DNA of 58,846 bases, from contig NMRA01000158.1 of assembly GCA_002633005.1 (NCBI GenBank), positions 1 through 58,846 on the forward strand, given 5' to 3'. This DNA comes from Phoronis australis. Its lineage: Eukaryota > Animalia > Phoronida. The notes beneath the pieces were generated by a model, which did no database searches, was not told the origin of the DNA, and saw nothing but the letters and a program-made list of their open reading frames with translations. Below are positions 1-12,444 of the stretch, piece by piece. The translations under genes were made by a program, and so were the position numbers. Numbering within the stretch: the stretch's first letter is position 1; every line of letters starts with the position of its first letter.

Positions 1-772
1 CCACTTCATGATACTAGAAGCCTGTGAGCCCCGGAGGAGTCATTGGCAACGGAGAATCTATCGAGTGTATTGATAACTTATGGTGACAATGGCCCGTGCC
101 CAGTCTCCCATTCAAATTGTATGAAATACCGTGTCGCGAAATAATTGACCAATAATAGAGTATGAAAGCGTCGCTAAATATAGTCTAAATGGAATTGAAT
201 ATACGTTGCCTTCTGCTTATCAGTTAAATTGTTTATTTTGAAAATAGATCTATTCATGATACACACTTGTGAGAAATGGCGAAATAATGTCTTGAATAAA
301 CGACTGTTTGTACACATTGGAACAGACTTAATGGTTCGCACTGCTTATCTGATTAGGTTACTAAGCTGAGGTGAAATCATTAGATCGGTTGATTTGGTGT
401 GAACAAAATGAAATTCTATAGTCCCGATAAACATCAAACAGTCATATTTACTAGAGGCCTTGACAGGCTTTGTTCTTCAAGCATACTATGGGCCCAAGAA
501 AGCTGAGGGTTTAGGAAAACGAAATCAGGCACGTCAAACCTAAAAGAAATCTAAATATTTCATGAGGCTAAGGGCCTCAGTTGTGCTTTACGTAGGCTTT
601 AGGTGGATTTGGGGTTGATTGGACCGCTCAGAAGCGTCGCGGCGTCGTGGGTCCTCAAATTGTGCTGTTTGATGTACGTTTTTGCGATTTAGTTGATGAC
701 TTAAATGACGGTTGTTTGTTATTTTCAAAGACCAACGTTTTAATCTATGTTTTTTATCCTGACAAGTAACAG

Positions 773-924
773 CATTGGCAGATTTAGAGGGGGCCATGGC
801 CCCTCCTAAAATTCTCCCAAGATTCCATTGGGCAGTTCGGGGGTTCGAATTTCTGAGGGGCAAAGTCCTGGCTAATACTCTGCCCTGGCCCACCCCCTAA
901 CTCAAAATTCTGGATCCGCCCCTG
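773..924. mobile_element. MITE family A (non-autonomous DNA transposon, hAT5-like), 152 bp
   Basis: Ends CATTGGCAGATTTAG / CTGGATCCGCCCCTG form imperfect TIRs. 5-bp TSD AACAG at 768-772 and 925-929. Close copies at 2395-2560 and 33456-33611. Superfamily inferred from CAG-type ends plus 5-bp TSD. Confidence 0.85.
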
Positions 925-1298
925 AACAGGAAAAGGTGAACTGCTTCTGAGCATACCACATTCAGTTAAATATTATATGCTCTGATTAAACTCCTGCGGT
1001 CTTCGATATTCGGCCGCTAGGATCGCTGTTGCCCAGGTATACCCTTGGCAGACGACTTTCCGCACGCGCTTGTTTGCGATTTACAGACACGGGATCAATA
1101 TGGAAGACACTTTATGCAGGTGGGTCAGAAGATGCCAAATTACTGATAGCCACAGCAGATGAATTCAAGAGTCGCTGAAATATAAGTATGAATGTCGTGG
1201 GCAAGTCTCGATCAGTGTCTTCTATAACCTGGGTCTAGCCTGGTACATGCTAGATTTTAATTATAGGCCTGTCTTAGTGTCTATGCGAACATCAAACA

Positions 1299-1750
1299 CA
1301 AGGTACCTAAACTACACGGTCAACGGACTCATAAACACGGGCACAGACGCATGAACACGACTCACGGACCTGCAAACACCGTCCACTGACTCACAAACAC
1401 GGGAACTGACTCACAAAACACGATCCACGCACCCAAATACACGGGACACGGACTCAGATATTCACGAGGAAACACGGTTAACGGACCGCCAAACGCGGTT
1501 TACGGACAAAATGAAGATGTCAGCTGACCCAGGAAGCCGATGAGTCCGTGACCCGTGTTTGGCGGTCTGTTACCCGTGTTTCCTCGGGAATATGAGTCCG
1601 TGTACCGTGTATTTGGGTGCGTGGATCGTGTTTTGTGAGTCCATTCCTGTGTTTATGAGTCAGTGGACAATGTTTGCAGGTCCGTGAGTCGTGTTCATGC
1701 GTCTGTGCCCGTGTTTATGAGTCCGTTGACCGTGTAGTTTAGGTACCTTG
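1299..1750. mobile_element. Foldback-type MITE with ~210-bp TIRs built from ~21-bp subrepeats
   Basis: CAAGGTACCTAAACTACACGGTCAACGGACTC... is matched by ...GAGTCCGTTGACCGTGTAGTTTAGGTACCTTG. Arms are separated by a ~35-bp spacer. 5-bp TSD AAACA at 1294-1298 and 1751-1755. Confidence 0.9.
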
Positions 1751-2394
1751 AAACATGTATCACTTGACACTAGGACTTACATGTAGGTGCTCGATAGACC
1801 TGCAGGTATACTGGCTTGGGTTGCTTTAAGAACACGGACCAATTCCCCGATAAGTGAGTGCAAGAATACATATTAAAACGACATTATAAAAGAACAAAGA
1901 ATTGAGCATGAGACATTGTGGCAAAAAAGTCATAACCCCTGACGAGATTACCAGAATACGTTGCCGACTGGTTAACAATAATAACACCAAGTACGTAATT
2001 TTTTATATTACACGGGCCAGTCACAAAGTAGTGCAAGGTAGAAATCCATACGTCTTGCATTTTATCGTCAGCAAAACTCTAAAACAACCAAACGCGCGCC
2101 AACCAAACAATGCCGGTATTCCGAGAAGGTGACATGGTTATGATCGACAAATCGGGTGTCGCTACTGTACGTAGGCCTACTCCAAGAAGGAAGGACATGC
2201 AAACAACTTCTTAAACGGACCCATCATCGACGGCGAATTCCATATCCACGTTCCATTCGAACGGAGACTAGCCCCAACTCAAGAAACGCGGCGAGAGTGT
2301 CTAGCTGTGCTGTCTCAAGGTCAATTCAGTGCTCACGCCCGTGGAGGCCTTGTTGACTTTTATTTAAAAACATTTTTTAAAGTTAATATTACAA

Positions 2395-2560
2395 CAGTGG
2401 CGGATTTAGAGGGGGGCCAAAGGGGCCATGGCCCCCCTAAAATTCTCCCAGATTCCATTTGGAAGTACGGGAGTGCGAATGTCTGACGGGCAAAATCCTG
2501 GCTGATACTGTGCCCTNCCCCGCCCCCCCCCCCCAACTCAAAATCCTGGATCCGCCCCTG
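2395..2560. mobile_element. MITE family A copy
   Basis: CAGTGGCGGATTTAG...CTGGATCCGCCCCTG with 5-bp TSD TACAA (2390-2394, 2561-2565). Contains an N join at 2517 next to a poly-C run. Confidence 0.9.
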
Positions 2561-2821
2561 TACAACTTCAAAGACTATTCATTAGATTCTAACTTGAATA
2601 TTTGCTACGACAACTGAATTTTCCAAGAGGTTTTGCAACGTCATAAACCTGAGACTAGTGTAGAATTCTGTATTTCTTATCCAGTTTTTACTAACGTCGA
2701 CGCCAGTCACGGTATAACTATTGCGAGTTGAAACCGAGGAACCGGTAGCTTACGACCGTCTTAGAAGAAACAGACTTGAAACTAAAGCGGCTCCCGGTCT
2801 AATACAGTAGGCTAGTCACAT

Positions 2822-4935
2822 CTACGTTGACCGTGACTGCAGCCGTACGCAGCAGTCCTGTGGGCAATGCTCAACTCCTGCAGAGAAATCAAGGAGAACT
2901 TTCCGACTTGTGATCAAACCAAAAGGTTCGGAAAACCTTCCCAGACTTAATTGACAGGCTTGGCATGCCCCATAAGACACGTCATTCAATTTTTTACAGG
3001 TCACGGTAACGTAGACACATTACTTCATCACTAGACATATCAGGGCCCGGTCTCTAATCTTTGTACTCGAAACGAACTCGAATCTATTTTTGGCAATTTC
3101 TCTGCTCCTTTTGTGCGAACTTAAGATAATTGGTTATCAGACTGTGCTCTAATATATTATAGTTTATGCATAGGAGTTTCTAGTTCAAGTTTGCCCTTGA
3201 AGACCCTTATATTCGTGCTACAAACTCGAGTAAAAACTCGAAATTTCGAGTTCAAACTCGAACTCATTGCCTTAATATTGGGTTTACAAACTGTAAACTA
3301 AGGGCAATAAATTATCTACGTAAGTTATTGTGTACTCGAGCATAGAATAATAGACACTTATCTTGAGTTCGCTCAAAGGTAGAGTAGAAAATGCCAAACC
3401 TAATTTCGAGTTCCATTTCGAGTAAAAAGATTGGAGACCGGGCCCAGAATGTGGATCCCAGTGCGTCCTGCATGTGGTAATAATGCTGAAACACCTAAAC
3501 ACCTGGTAGAGTGTTGCCCAGCTTACCATAGGCTGAAGAGTAAGCTACTGGATGGCACTGCGACATGCCTACAACATATACAGTGGCGGATCTAGGATAC
3601 CATAAGGGGGGCCAACACTTTGTCTCGGGCAGTCGCGTAAAGCACGACTGCATGTGCGCACCCAGCCTGAAATGAATGGGGGCTTGGACTTCTGACAATG
3701 TGGACCTCCTTGCTGATATGCAACCGCTAGACTAAAAAAAAAAAACAAAAAAAAACGGGGAGACGCTTCCTACACATTGTTTCGGCCGCTTCGTCATGAC
3801 AGAGGTCAATTAATCAACTCAATATTTCCTCACGCTCTTGCTGTCTTCCTGTTCTATTTTTGGCGGCAGCCAAAGGGTGGGGGCCGTGCCCCTCCCTCCA
3901 AATCCGCCTATGCATATTGTGCATGGCAACATATGGAAAATTGCCCGTTTGCCTGAAAGGAGACAGGCAGACTTACCTTCCTTCACGAAGAACCTGTTGA
4001 TCAACAACTGGGCTCTACTGAGTTTTAGCTCACTGACTGGTGTTTTCGCTGAAAACTGCAGCTGAAATTCCACTGCATGGTTTTATAGGAAAGAATTAAA
4101 TTGAATCAAATTTAATGTTTCTTTTGTTTCCTTCCAAATATTATACACTACCAAGGTCTGATTCAAAATGTCCATTCTTTGGAAACTAGAAAACGAATTT
4201 TGGAGTAGTTTTAGGGACACTAAGCTACCCCAACTGTTGCTGCCCGTTACGTAAAACTTAACAAGTGAGTGTACGGAAATCTTTTAGGAGATTCATTTCT
4301 ATAATCTGAGTTATAGTCTATGAAGTGCGCTGTCAAACGAAGTCGTATAAAAGTGTTTCGCACGGGCAAGATTTTGTTTTTTTTTTGTTGAGAGCCGGTG
4401 ATTGCCTGCACTTGTCTTTCCCCATAGCAAGTCATGCCGAACATTAGTAAATATTCAATTTGGAAAACGCACGATATTGGATACTGGCGTACTGGCGTAT
4501 ATGCTCAGGCGATTTATAGTCTCAGTGACATTTTGTGGAATTGTTACCTGTCTAAACCATGTGACATTGTTGTGTTTTGAAATGAGTTATGACCTGAATG
4601 TTAACTAGCTGAACTCAAAGTGTGTCTAATTTGAAACAATGTTCCAGGTACCTGGGACTGTGTTCCTCCTCAGGCTACTATGCCGAGTTGACATAGGTCC
4701 GGGTATTTTTCACTTAATTTCCACTTGATACGGGCCTTATCATGTTTACCCTTAATAAGAATCGTTTCGTTTTCAGTCCACCTAGGCCTTGTCGAACAGT
4801 AGAAGAAGTGTCTTTTGTGGGCATTGACGAAGAGTGTCCGGTTAGTACACAGGTTGGGGTGCGATGGCGGCCGGGCCTTAAAATTTTGTAACTCGGAGGC
4901 AAAAGCCTACCTTCATAAGCAAACGGTGTTTTCAT
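2822..4935 (-). CDS. Candidate small spliced gene (81 aa, no recognised homology), divergent from CCDC122; may be non-coding
   Basis: Exons 4935-4911, 4787-4750, 4061-3977, 3568-3527, 2877-2822 join in frame through GT-AG sites (strong donors GAAG|GTAAGT and TATG|GTAAGC; acceptor TTTCTCTGCAG). Product: MKTPFAYEGLGGLKTKRFLLRLQFSAKTPVSELKLSRAQLLINRFFVKEGMSQCHPVAYSSAYGVEHCPQDCCVRLQSRST*. Hand-built, no homology support. Confidence 0.3.
3044..3444. mobile_element. PIF/Harbinger-type MITE
   Basis: TIR GGCCCGGTCTCTAATCTTTGTACTCGAAA / TTTCGAGTAAAAAGATTGGAGACCGGGCC with 3-bp TSD CAG (3041-3043, 3445-3447). A related internal fragment lies at ~9655-9845. Confidence 0.8.
3581..3912. mobile_element. 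MITE family B (CAGTGGCGGATCTAGGATACC... ...AAATCCGCCTATG)
   Basis: Same ends and internal similarity as the copies at 33366-33831 and 37350-37672. TSD not clean in this copy. Confidence 0.75.
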
Positions 4936-5474
4936 GGCAGGTTGCTACAGATGGTTATTGGATTTAGAAAATTGAACATTTTGCTATTGATGATCGAGAA
5001 GAGTAAGTAGCAGGTATAACGTCGCTCCCCATCGATATGCGCGTGTTATCCCAAGCGACCGGCAGTGGCGCTGCGCACTAGCACTCCGTTTCCGTCGCCT
5101 GCTTCATTACGGTACAATGAGAAAAACTGCTTCATTTTTGCAAAGAAAACGGAACTTGAGTGACAATGAAGAAACAGAAGCTGCTGGTAAGATGCAAATT
5201 TAATCAAAACCTTAGTGAATCGCTCCGAAACTCATAATTCTCTCTTTGTCAAACATTAAAATTAAGACGATTTTCTAAGCAAGCGCGTGGTTAATGCCAT
5301 CACGAAAATGGCTTTGGTCTTTTGGGCAGCTTGAGACTGTTTAAACACAAATACTGGTTGTACAAAAGAGTTGTATATCACAAGCTGCAATACCGTGGTT
5401 AAATTGTTTAAATGCTTAAAAAGAATTGTTAAGTTGTTCAGTGCTCACGCACAGGGTGTTATCATGTACTCGGT

Positions 5475-6407
5475 TAGGCAATGACCATCGTCTCTGTTTG
5501 CCCGACCAGAGGCGATGCAGCTCCTATAGGCGCTCCATACCCCGGAAGCTTTTCGGTGAATTATGCCTCGCACCGACTAAAACATCAAAGTCACGTTGTT
5601 ATAAATACCTTTTGCGCATAGAGGAACACCTTAGGAGGTTGTCGATGTGTTTAATTCCTTCCAACTTGAACAAATACTCCCGTTATCAAATTTTTTCTTC
5701 GAGCAGTCCCTATTTCAGTTCCCAAAATCGTGAATTAAACATTTTCACTCGGCGCACGCCAAGAGATATGACCTCATTCTTTTAACCAGGCCGAAGGTCA
5801 GAAGTTGCGGTCCTACCGGCGAACTTTGAAAGCTGAAGTCCCCGCCCTTTGCCTACGTGCTGCCGGGAACCAGTCGTGCATTTGCCGTTTTGTTAAACAT
5901 TAAAATGTCAAAATGTGTGCACAAAGACTATTAAATGTCATATCAACAGCATTTATTTTTATCAAATACAAACACTAATTCATTGAAATACAATCAGCTT
6001 CAAGTAACGCCATTTAAAGACGAGTAGTGGTAGCATTTTGGAAACGAACATTTGACTGACAAGACCGCAATGGCTCACCTTTGGCCTATTTAAAGATTGA
6101 GTTCATTAAGTCACAATACCTAGGGAGCGCAGTATAAAATTGGCGAGTTCACGATTTTGGGAACCGAACGAGTGACTGCTCGAACAAAAAGTTCGATAAC
6201 GGAAGTATTTGTTCGAGTTGGAAGGAATTAAACACACCGCCAACCACTTAAGATGTTCCTCTATACGCAAAAGGTATTTATTACAACGTGACTTTCATGC
6301 TTTAGCAAGTGCGAGGCATAATTCGCCGAAAAGCTTCCGTAGTATGGAGTGCCTATAGGAGCTGCATCGCCTCTGGTCGGGCCAACAGAGGCGATGTTCA
6401 TTGCCTA
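5475..6407. mobile_element. Non-autonomous DNA transposon with ~260-bp diverged TIRs
   Basis: TAGGCAATGACCATCG...CCCAAAATCGTGAA (5475-~5734) is inverted at ~6148-6407 (...CATTGCCTA). Flanks GTACTCGGT and GTGACTCGGT look like a 9-10-bp TSD with one indel. Explains the similar spurious ORFs 5426-5785 and 6295-6513. Confidence 0.85.
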
Positions 6408-7274
6408 GTGACTCGGTATGAACTATGAATAAGTCATTTGAGTATGCGCCATGACCACATAAATTACGTGAGTGCTGGTGTATCTGTTCGACATCGGGGC
6501 AAAAAATACGCAAAGCAGGTGAAAGTTTAGAATCAAAGGAGTTTTATAGTGTCAACTTGACGAGTCAAGTTGCCGTGCGGCGACGTCGGATTTTAGAAAA
6601 TGTTTTGGGTCGTGAAATTTTGCTTCACTAGTCGCAAATGGCGACCTGGCCAAAGTAGAGCCGCCAAGGACTGATTATACTTCAAAAATCAACGAAATTG
6701 CTTGTTTTCAGAGGCAAGAACAAATTTTCCCCTGGGTGGAAGGGAGAACCCCCTTCTGACCACCTTCCCCCATTCCTCGTTACGCCCCTCTACAATCCCC
6801 CTTTGCGCTGTGCGCAGTTTACGAGACAAAAAGTTGGGCCCACTTTATGATATCATAAAAAGACAATGAAACAAAAAAGTTGTATAATTGTAGTTAGCCA
6901 ATACTTTCAATGATTCAAATTATTTTTACAATATAAAGAAGACAAAGGTTTTAGAATTTGGATCCCCTCATACTGGCTGTGGATTCCTTAGTCAGACAGT
7001 CATCCAAAATTTTTGCATCTTTATACATTATAATTAATGAGACCTTTGGTGCCGTTTGACGCAATTACATTTTTCAGCTTCAAGTATCTTTCCGAATGCA
7101 TGTAGTTTTTTGGAATCAAAGGGTAGACGCACGCCAGGCTTAGATTGACGTAAATAAGTCTCCTACCGCAAGTCCGCCATTTGCATATTAATACGTAATA
7201 TTTATTCATTGCGAATCAAGTCCACTGCGCGTACAGTCCAGTCTGTGCTATGGACTCCAACTTACCACTCGTCA

Positions 7275-10200
7275 ATGTGTAAAGAGACATCTTGTCAGCC
7301 ATCTAGACTGTCGCCGCCTTTGCTGAAGTATTCACCTTGTCGACAGGGTGAGTAGGAACGTTATTTACCCATCTGTGTCTCAGTGAATTGTCCTGTACAT
7401 TACAAGCGCATGTACATCATGGGCGGCGCAGCACTGAAAAAAGTGGGGGGCTATAGCCCCCCCCCCCCCCCCNGTGGGGGGGCTATAGCCCCCCCCCCCC
7501 CTATGATGCGCCGCCCATGTACGTGTATAGTGTTTGACGAGTTTTACAACGATGTATTTTCTAGAAGAATATCGTAAATCCGTGACTTTCTGGTATGTGT
7601 TGTGTGACAAAGCGTGGTTAAGTTGCCCGGCGATGACCAGAAGCTCATGGGTATGTTAATAGGCCACGACAGTATTTCATTGGAAGGCCAGATGATTGAC
7701 AGCGCACTCGATCACGTGATGAGTCTTCCTGCAGTGGTGGGTGACGTCATGGAGCTGGAGAAGAGGCAGAAACAAGAACTAGAGCACACTCTGCAGGCCA
7801 TCGAGCGAGTTAAGGTAGACGTTTAATAGCGTTTGAAACGAAATATTCTTGCTAGGGGAAAACATATGTGCATGATAGTAGTTTTTGTCATTTCCACATC
7901 TTGGGGTTTGACTATTTACTTTGTTGCCAGTCATTCACAGAAAGTTGCAAAGGAAAGATCTTAGTAAGGATCACTAATGACAGAAGATTTTTCCAATCAC
8001 ACTTGAAGTCAATTGGTTATATTTTCAAAGAGTGGAGGAACCGGTGGAGTTAAAGTTGTTGTGTTTAGTATATCTTCCGTGTATTTTAGCAATCTCGTTT
8101 TTTATTTCAGAAGGAGAAAAATGAAGGTAAGAATTTTGTTATGTCCAGAGCAACTTTCAGAGACATAAGCAAGGGTGAGAGATGGAGGAGGGTAACAGTG
8201 AAATTTAGATACTCGATTTCAGTGCGACTTTTGACAAGTTTCATTGAGAGTGTTCAACCGTAGTGTCATGATGTGCATTATATAGCAATGAAGACGACCG
8301 TGTTAAAATGTCATTATCTCTACGAATTGTAGTATCCAAGACGTATCTGCGACTGGAGGAAGACCACACGTTTGATTCACGCAAGCTCGAACTACTGGAA
8401 ACAACATGCATCCAGGAAAGACGCTTCGTGGAAGACATGAGAGAAAGCAAGTGTCTTTTTGCATAGCAATGAATGTCTTCTTTGTCATTGGATCATACGT
8501 CCAGCAGATATGTATTGTCTGAAATGTTTTATTGTCAAATTAAATAGTTCCATAATTGAAATGTTGCTGTAATATTTACAGATGTTTTGTCCTAATTGTT
8601 CTGTCTAAAATGTAACTATATAGTCCTCTCCAGGTCAACAATACTCAATCTGTGCTATTTTGCTCCCTGATCCCAGGTTTCATCTGTTGAATCTTTTATC
8701 GTACCCATAACCTTGCAATTTGTGTGCACCTGACGATGTAACATCTGTTATTCACGTTTGCAGAGATCCTCACTGCCGTTTCTCGTAAGGAAGAGCTGAA
8801 ACTTCAGATAAAACTGTTAGAGATGGACAGTGAGAGACAGGCTGAGTGCGTCCATGCCAACATTTATTCGAGTGCTGGTAGAAAGTGCATTTTTTCATAT
8901 ATAAGCGCCATCTTAAGTGGAACTTGTCTGAATTTTAGCTGTTGACATACTATTGGAGACGAACAAGGCTGTCCGATCGTTATCTTCATCCGCCATTATT
9001 CACACCAGCATCATCATTATCATATTGCGCCCGTCTTCCTCGGCACAAATCATCATCAACATCGTTTTCACCATTACCGTCGTCATGGTCGTCCACCATT
9101 ATTTATACAAAGTGACCAAAGTCAAAGTCCGACCCCCACAATAAAATGACTCTGGTAGTACGATTTGATTGAAGTTAAATGCAGTATTTACGTCTTCATT
9201 AACTTAACCTTTTCGACCGTTTAATATTCAGGACGTTCCTTGAATATAAAGGGAAGATGAATAGAGCCATATCCCAGAAGGCAGAACCTCAAACTCCGAA
9301 ACAGAGTAAGGACGGTCTCGGGCGTCAGGGTACGTGCAGTAAACTTTTGCCACGTTTTCTCCTGAGGACTAGGTGGACGGTCGTCGTCACTGATCGGTGG
9401 TCATAGCTTTTGATGAGTTAGTATGCTGAAGGGCCGGTTCGAATTAATCAGTATTCTTGACCGAAAGTAAACAAGTCCACTCAATTAATCAGCGTGGTGT
9501 CCGATCGAATGCCCCAGCCAACGCTGCGACTTTTCAACTTGCGATTAAGTTTTTATTCACATTCACTAACTGCCTGATGGTCTCACTGATCTCATTATGG
9601 TTGATGCATACGAGGTTCTTCTCAAGTCCAACTTTGCACTTCATGACCACTACCAACTGGAGTAAAAACTCGAAATTTCGAGTTGAGACGCGAACTTTTA
9701 GCCTTAATGCTGGGATCATTAAGTGCACTTTAGGATTAGACAAGCTATCTACATGAGTTATTATTTTAAAGTAGACTTATCTTGCCGTGCACAATAGTTG
9801 AAAGAAAATGCCAAAAATGATTTCGATTTTGAGTAAAAAGATTAAAACTCCAGCAGAAGATATTTAGATTTCATTCGCTAGATCTCAACAGCCTTTGTGG
9901 TAGCTTAATGGTCGTGTAGGTCTTTGGTTTTGATAAGCTGACGATTACTCCAAGATTCCGTGACAAGCCAATATAAGCCTAAAGGAGTAATATAACAACG
10001 TTACTATGGTCGTGTTTCTCTGACAGGAATCAAAATCGATGATAAATTACATTCCGATGAGTTACAAGGATGGGAGAGAGAGTTGATGAAAGCCTTAGCT
10101 AACAAGACAAGAGAGGAACAAGTGAAGATCACGGAGGCACAGGTGGATATATTATTGCAAGCTACACAATTGATTCTTATCGATTGTCAGAACACGCACG

Positions 10201-12444
10201 GGGTTATAAGATGTGCACAAGTTGAGACAGGGGTGTGCCATGAAATACGTCGAGTTTCTCCCTCTGCTGTTACCTAGAAGAGTAGTCCGGCGGTACTCTC
10301 GACTACCGGGTCGCCTGGTCTTTGAGTCTGCTTAAGACTATTCTACACCTTGAGGTCGGTAAAGTTAATGTGACGTAGATACTGTCATTATCATTGGATG
10401 AGAGTCAAAGAAAACTAAAAAAGTTACTTTTATATTGGCATTATATACTTTTGATGAGAAGCTCGGTCTCATGTGCTGCCACAAATCCCGCAGTCGTAAA
10501 ACGATATTAGCTTTCTGCCTTTTATAGTTTTTGTATTCCCAGGGTTTTAGGAGGTGTAATTTATCTTGAATAAGATGTGGCACAAGCAATAAGCTGCAGC
10601 CAAATGACCTGTTCGTCTGTGTCACTTCGCCTTGGTGACAGAGAGTGGCAAAATGGTGTTCTTGTTTTGACAAATCCTGAAAAGTGCAGCAAATTTCACT
10701 ATGAGGTTTTGTAAAAATACGGCACATTCCCCTTGGACGTGGTCCCCACCAACTGTGAATTTTCGGGTGTATTTACACAATAAACAAACATGCATGTGTT
10801 TACTTAGTCAACAGTTTAGAATGAGTGACACGACATTCACTAGGTGGTGCTAATAAGTGGGCGACTGACATCTCGGATCTGAACTGATTGAGAGCAGGAA
10901 ACAGGTCACCAAAATGGACCAGGGAAGTTCGTGTGATAAAGGACTCACTTGATTTATGTGAATGCAAGCATTGCTATGGAACAGCTAGTGAATTTCTAGT
11001 TCCCCGTTAAAAGGCTTGAGTTCAATAACTCTCGCCGCGATCAAAATGTCAAACTCACTCGTGTGCAGCCGTGCTCTCATTGGAAATACACTGCGATATC
11101 TCGCGGAATCTCGAGAGATCTTAGCAAGATCCTTTCGTTGATTTCACGTGCACGTGCCGCGTTATTAGAAACGCCAATGAAGATTTATTTTCAGTTGTTA
11201 GATGTGTATGAACTGCTTAGAAATTGAAGGTTCGTATTTTGCATTGGAAATTCTTAGGTTTTCTTTAATAGGACTCACAGGTTATGTGCAAGACACTGAC
11301 AACCGAAGACAAAACAAAGAAAGCGAGAATATTTAATTGAGGAGGCATTGTGGCCTAGTGTGATTGATGCTCGCCTTCTTCACTCGAGGTCGTGGGTTCG
11401 AGTCCACCTGGGCCACACTGCTAGACTCTTGAGTCAGGTTTCTAGCTCCTCAACTGGGTTCAACTGCAAGTACATTAATAGAGCACGAAAATAGTTCCAG
11501 GTGATTAGTGCAACGGGCCCACATGTGCAGCCTGCGCACATCGGGTACAAAGTGTACCAGACGGCCTGCAATTATTTTTAACAATATTTAATTACTGCGA
11601 AAACATGTTAGCAAGAGATGTTGAAACTCCTATCATGACTCAGTAAACTTTTGTTTTAGATAGAAGACGAGCATCAGAAGCAGACATTAATACAGCAGGA
11701 AACGAGAACGTTGAAGGTGCTTTTCATTGCATTTTCTTATAATTCTGTCATAACACGCATTTCTCTTCTGTTAGAAACCTTCTTACCCTCGGGTTCGCCC
11801 AAACCTCACTCGGGGTCCCAACGACACCAACAATAACAGAATCCGAATGTGATACTGTATGTTAATGTACCATTCCTGTCCTTATTTTAATGTTTTATTT
11901 AGTGGATTAGTTAACATAAGAATTGCGAATGGGATGCTATTGGCTTCAATTGAATTGTGAACCATGTATCAAAAAGGGCATGTGTCTGATGCCTGAGTTG
12001 CATCGGTTGTGCGCGGACCACGTAAATAAATCGTGTCCATAGCACGAAAAGCCGAACCCTGTTACATGTATGTGTATATAGTCGTCATCAGGCTCTTCTT
12101 GAGAGATTTTACAGAAGTCCGTTGCCATGTAAGCACATTCTTGTGATGTTGACGCCACTTCTGCTCTTGCGTGTTTGCCCATCACACGTAACCCTCTGCC
12201 CTGCAAAGTGACCATGTATTCGATAGAGTTCTAATTAATGTATCGCCACACTACTTAGAGAGACATTGCTCGCAGACCAACCGAACACTTCTCATTGCAG
12301 AACAGGAACGCAGCTCGATTGACAAGATTAAAGAAACAGATAACTGTATACAGAACAAGGAACCGTCAGCTGGACGAACAGATAGCGAGTATAAGCAACG
12401 AAGCACGAATGTGGGAAAGAAAACTTGCCATTGACATCTCCTAG
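7275..12444 (+). CDS. CCDC122: Coiled-coil domain-containing protein 122-like, ~275 aa, 9 exons
   Basis: Exons 7275-7347, 7663-7814 (alternative in-frame acceptor at 7735), 8111-8126, 8333-8446, 8764-8845, 9232-9305, 10027-10142, 11660-11716, 12301-12444 give an 828-nt open frame ending in TAG. The C-terminus IEDEHQKQTLIQQETRTLKNRNAARLTRLKKQITVYRTRNRQLDEQIASISNEARMWERKL resembles the CCDC122 C-terminus as I recall it (LEEEK..[26 protein letters not shown]...RQW). Heptad composition throughout. The 5' exon and start codon are less certain. Confidence 0.8.
7418..7519. mobile_element. Small MITE in CCDC122 intron 1
   Basis: CATGGGCGGCGCA...TGCGCCGCCCATG TIRs; flanks TACAT/TACGT (5 bp, one mismatch). 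N join at 7473 with local duplication of the G/C runs. Confidence 0.7.
8980..9105. repeat. Degenerate (CAT/CGT)n microsatellite-like tract
   Basis: CATCATCATTATCAT...CATCATCAACATCG in a CCDC122 intron. Explains the Ile/Val-rich spurious ORF 8953-9144. Confidence 0.6.
11340..11570 (+). mobile_element. tRNA-derived SINE
   Basis: A-box-like TGGCCTAGTGTG and B-box GGTTCGAGTCC, followed by a non-tRNA body (CTAGACTCTTGAGTCAGGTTTCTAGCTCCTCA). A diverged copy lies on the minus strand at ~52430-52580. Confidence 0.8.

Noticed and set aside
1299-1750. CRISPR-like array
   Set aside because: The subrepeats are degenerate, lack unique spacers, and are arranged as inverted arms with a TSD in eukaryotic DNA.
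5426-6513. Paralogous ORFs on opposite strands
   Set aside because: They are translations of the two TIRs of one transposon.
2822-7200. LACC1/FAMIN upstream of CCDC122, as in vertebrates
   Set aside because: No recognisable YfiH/laccase-domain motifs in any listed ORF or candidate exon.
11340-11420. tRNA gene
   Set aside because: A and B boxes are present, but there is no clean cloverleaf and the sequence continues into a repeated SINE body with a second diverged copy.
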